DNA from: Macrostomum hystrix
Lineage: Eukaryota; Animalia; Platyhelminthes
Reading direction: 5' to 3'
Length of the DNA stretch: 64,000 nucleotides
Assembly (NCBI GenBank): GCA_950097015.1
Contig: CATNEN010000038.1
Coordinates: forward strand, 30,690,001-30,754,000
Part shown: piece after piece, positions 62,601 to 64,000 of the stretch
Layout of the letters: each line of letters starts with the position of its first letter
How positions within the stretch are numbered: position 1 is the first letter of the stretch
The notes under the pieces: model-generated
Told to the model about the DNA's origin: nothing
Database searches by the model: none
The model's input: the letters and a program-made list of their open reading frames with translations, nothing else
Position numbers and translations under genes: made by a program

Positions 62601-64000
62601 ACAAGCTCTAAACTGTTAGATAAGGGTGGCACACTTGTTAGACAAGCTCCATACTGTTAGATAAGGGTGGCACACTTGTTAGACAAGCTCCAAACTGTTA
62701 GATAAGGGTGGCACACTTGTTAGACAAGCTCCCTACTGTTAGATAAGGGTGGTACACTTGTTAGACAAGCTCCAAACTGTTAGATAAGGGTGGCACACTT
62801 GTTAGACAAGCTCCAAACTGTTAGATAAGGGTGGTACACTTGTTAGACAAGCTCCAAACTGTTAGATAAGGGTGGCACACTTGTTAGACAAGCTCCAAAC
62901 TGTTAGATAAGGGTGGTACACTTGTTAGACAAGCTCCAAACTGTTAGATAAGGGTGGTACACTTGTTAGACAAGCTCCAAACTGTTAGATAAGGGTGGCA
63001 CACTTGTTAGACAAGCTCCAAACTGTTAGATAAGGGTGGCACACTTGTTAGACAAGCTCCAAACTGTTAGATAAGGGTGGCACACTTGTTAGACAAGCTC
63101 CATACTGTTAGATAAGGGTGGCACACTTGTTAGACAAGCTCCAAACTGTTAGATAAGGGTGGCACACTTGTTAGACAAGCTCCATACTGTTAGATAAGGG
63201 TGGCACACTTGTTAGACAAGCTCCATACTGTTAGATAAGGGTGGCACACTTGTTAGACAAGCTCCAAACTGTTAGATAAGGGTGGCACACTTGTTAGACA
63301 AGCTCCAAACTGTTAGATAAGGGTGGTACACTTGTTAGACAAGCTCCAAACTGTTAGATAAGGGTGGCACACTTGTTAGACAAGCTCCATACTGTTAGAT
63401 AAGGGTGGCACACTTGTTAGACAAGCTCCAAACTGTTAGATAAGGGTGGCACACTTGTTAGACAAGCTCCAAACTGTTAGATAAGGGTGGCACACTTGTT
63501 AGACAAGCTCCAAACTGTTAGATAAGGGTGGCACACTTGTTAGACAAGCTCCATACTGTTAGATAAGGGTGGCACACTTGTTAGACAAGCTCCATACTGT
63601 TAGATAAGGGTGGCACACTTGTTAGACAAGCTCCAAACTGTTAGATAAGGGTGGCACACTTGTTAGACAAGCTCCAAACTGTTAGATAAGGGTGGCACAC
63701 TTGTTAGACAAGCTCCAAACTGTTAGATAAGGGTGGCACACTTGTTAGACAAGCTCCATACTGTTAGATAAGGGTGGCACACTTGTTAGACAAGCTCCCA
63801 AACTGTTAGATAAGGGTGGCACACTTGTTAGACAAGCTCCAAACTGTTAGATAAGGGTGGCACACTTGTTAGACAAGCTCCAAACTGTTAGATAAGGGTG
63901 GCACACTTGTTAGACAAGCTCCATACTGTTAGATAAGGGTGGCACACTTGTTAGACAAGCTCCAAACTGTTAGATAAGGGTGGTACACTTGTTAGACAAG
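59665..64000. repeat. 41-bp satellite array (>105 copies; GTTAGATAAGGGTGGCACACTTGTTAGACAAGCTCCAAACT), NTPDase intron, runs off the window
   Basis: Highly homogeneous. The unit is a dimer of two TGTTAGA(T/C)AAG sub-repeats. Confidence 0.97.

Noticed and set aside
37678-64000. CRISPR-like arrays (29-, 41- and 43-bp repeats)
   Set aside because: They are head-to-tail monomers with no unique spacers, no cas genes, and a eukaryotic context.

Overview
This is eukaryotic (animal) genomic DNA with spliceosomal introns, polyQ-rich exons and extreme minisatellite density. The style suggests a free-living flatworm such as Macrostomum, but that is an inference. I built six gene models by hand with phase-consistent splice junctions: (1) a divergent TTLL10-like tubulin polyglycylase (+, 3 exons); (2) SAGA subunit TADA1 (+, 7 exons); (3) the 3' part of an ataxin-2-like PAM2/polyQ gene (-); (4) an orphan rhodopsin-type GPCR (-) with a probable GC-AG intron; (5) cactin (-, 4 exons, no genomic ATG); (6) the 3' part of an NTPDase/CD39 gene (-). 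Mobile DNA includes a decayed non-LTR RT fragment, two tRNA-derived SINE families, a MULE-like MITE with a 9-bp TSD, and a hAT MITE with an 8-bp TSD that carries a minisatellite. About 20 tandem arrays cover well over a third of the window, and most long ORFs in the supplied track are artefacts of these arrays. The most notable observations are: cactin begins at a phase-0 acceptor 1.7 kb downstream of a same-strand NTPDase, which fits an operon whose start codon comes from the flatworm spliced leader; and there is sequence evidence that transposons seed the satellites.
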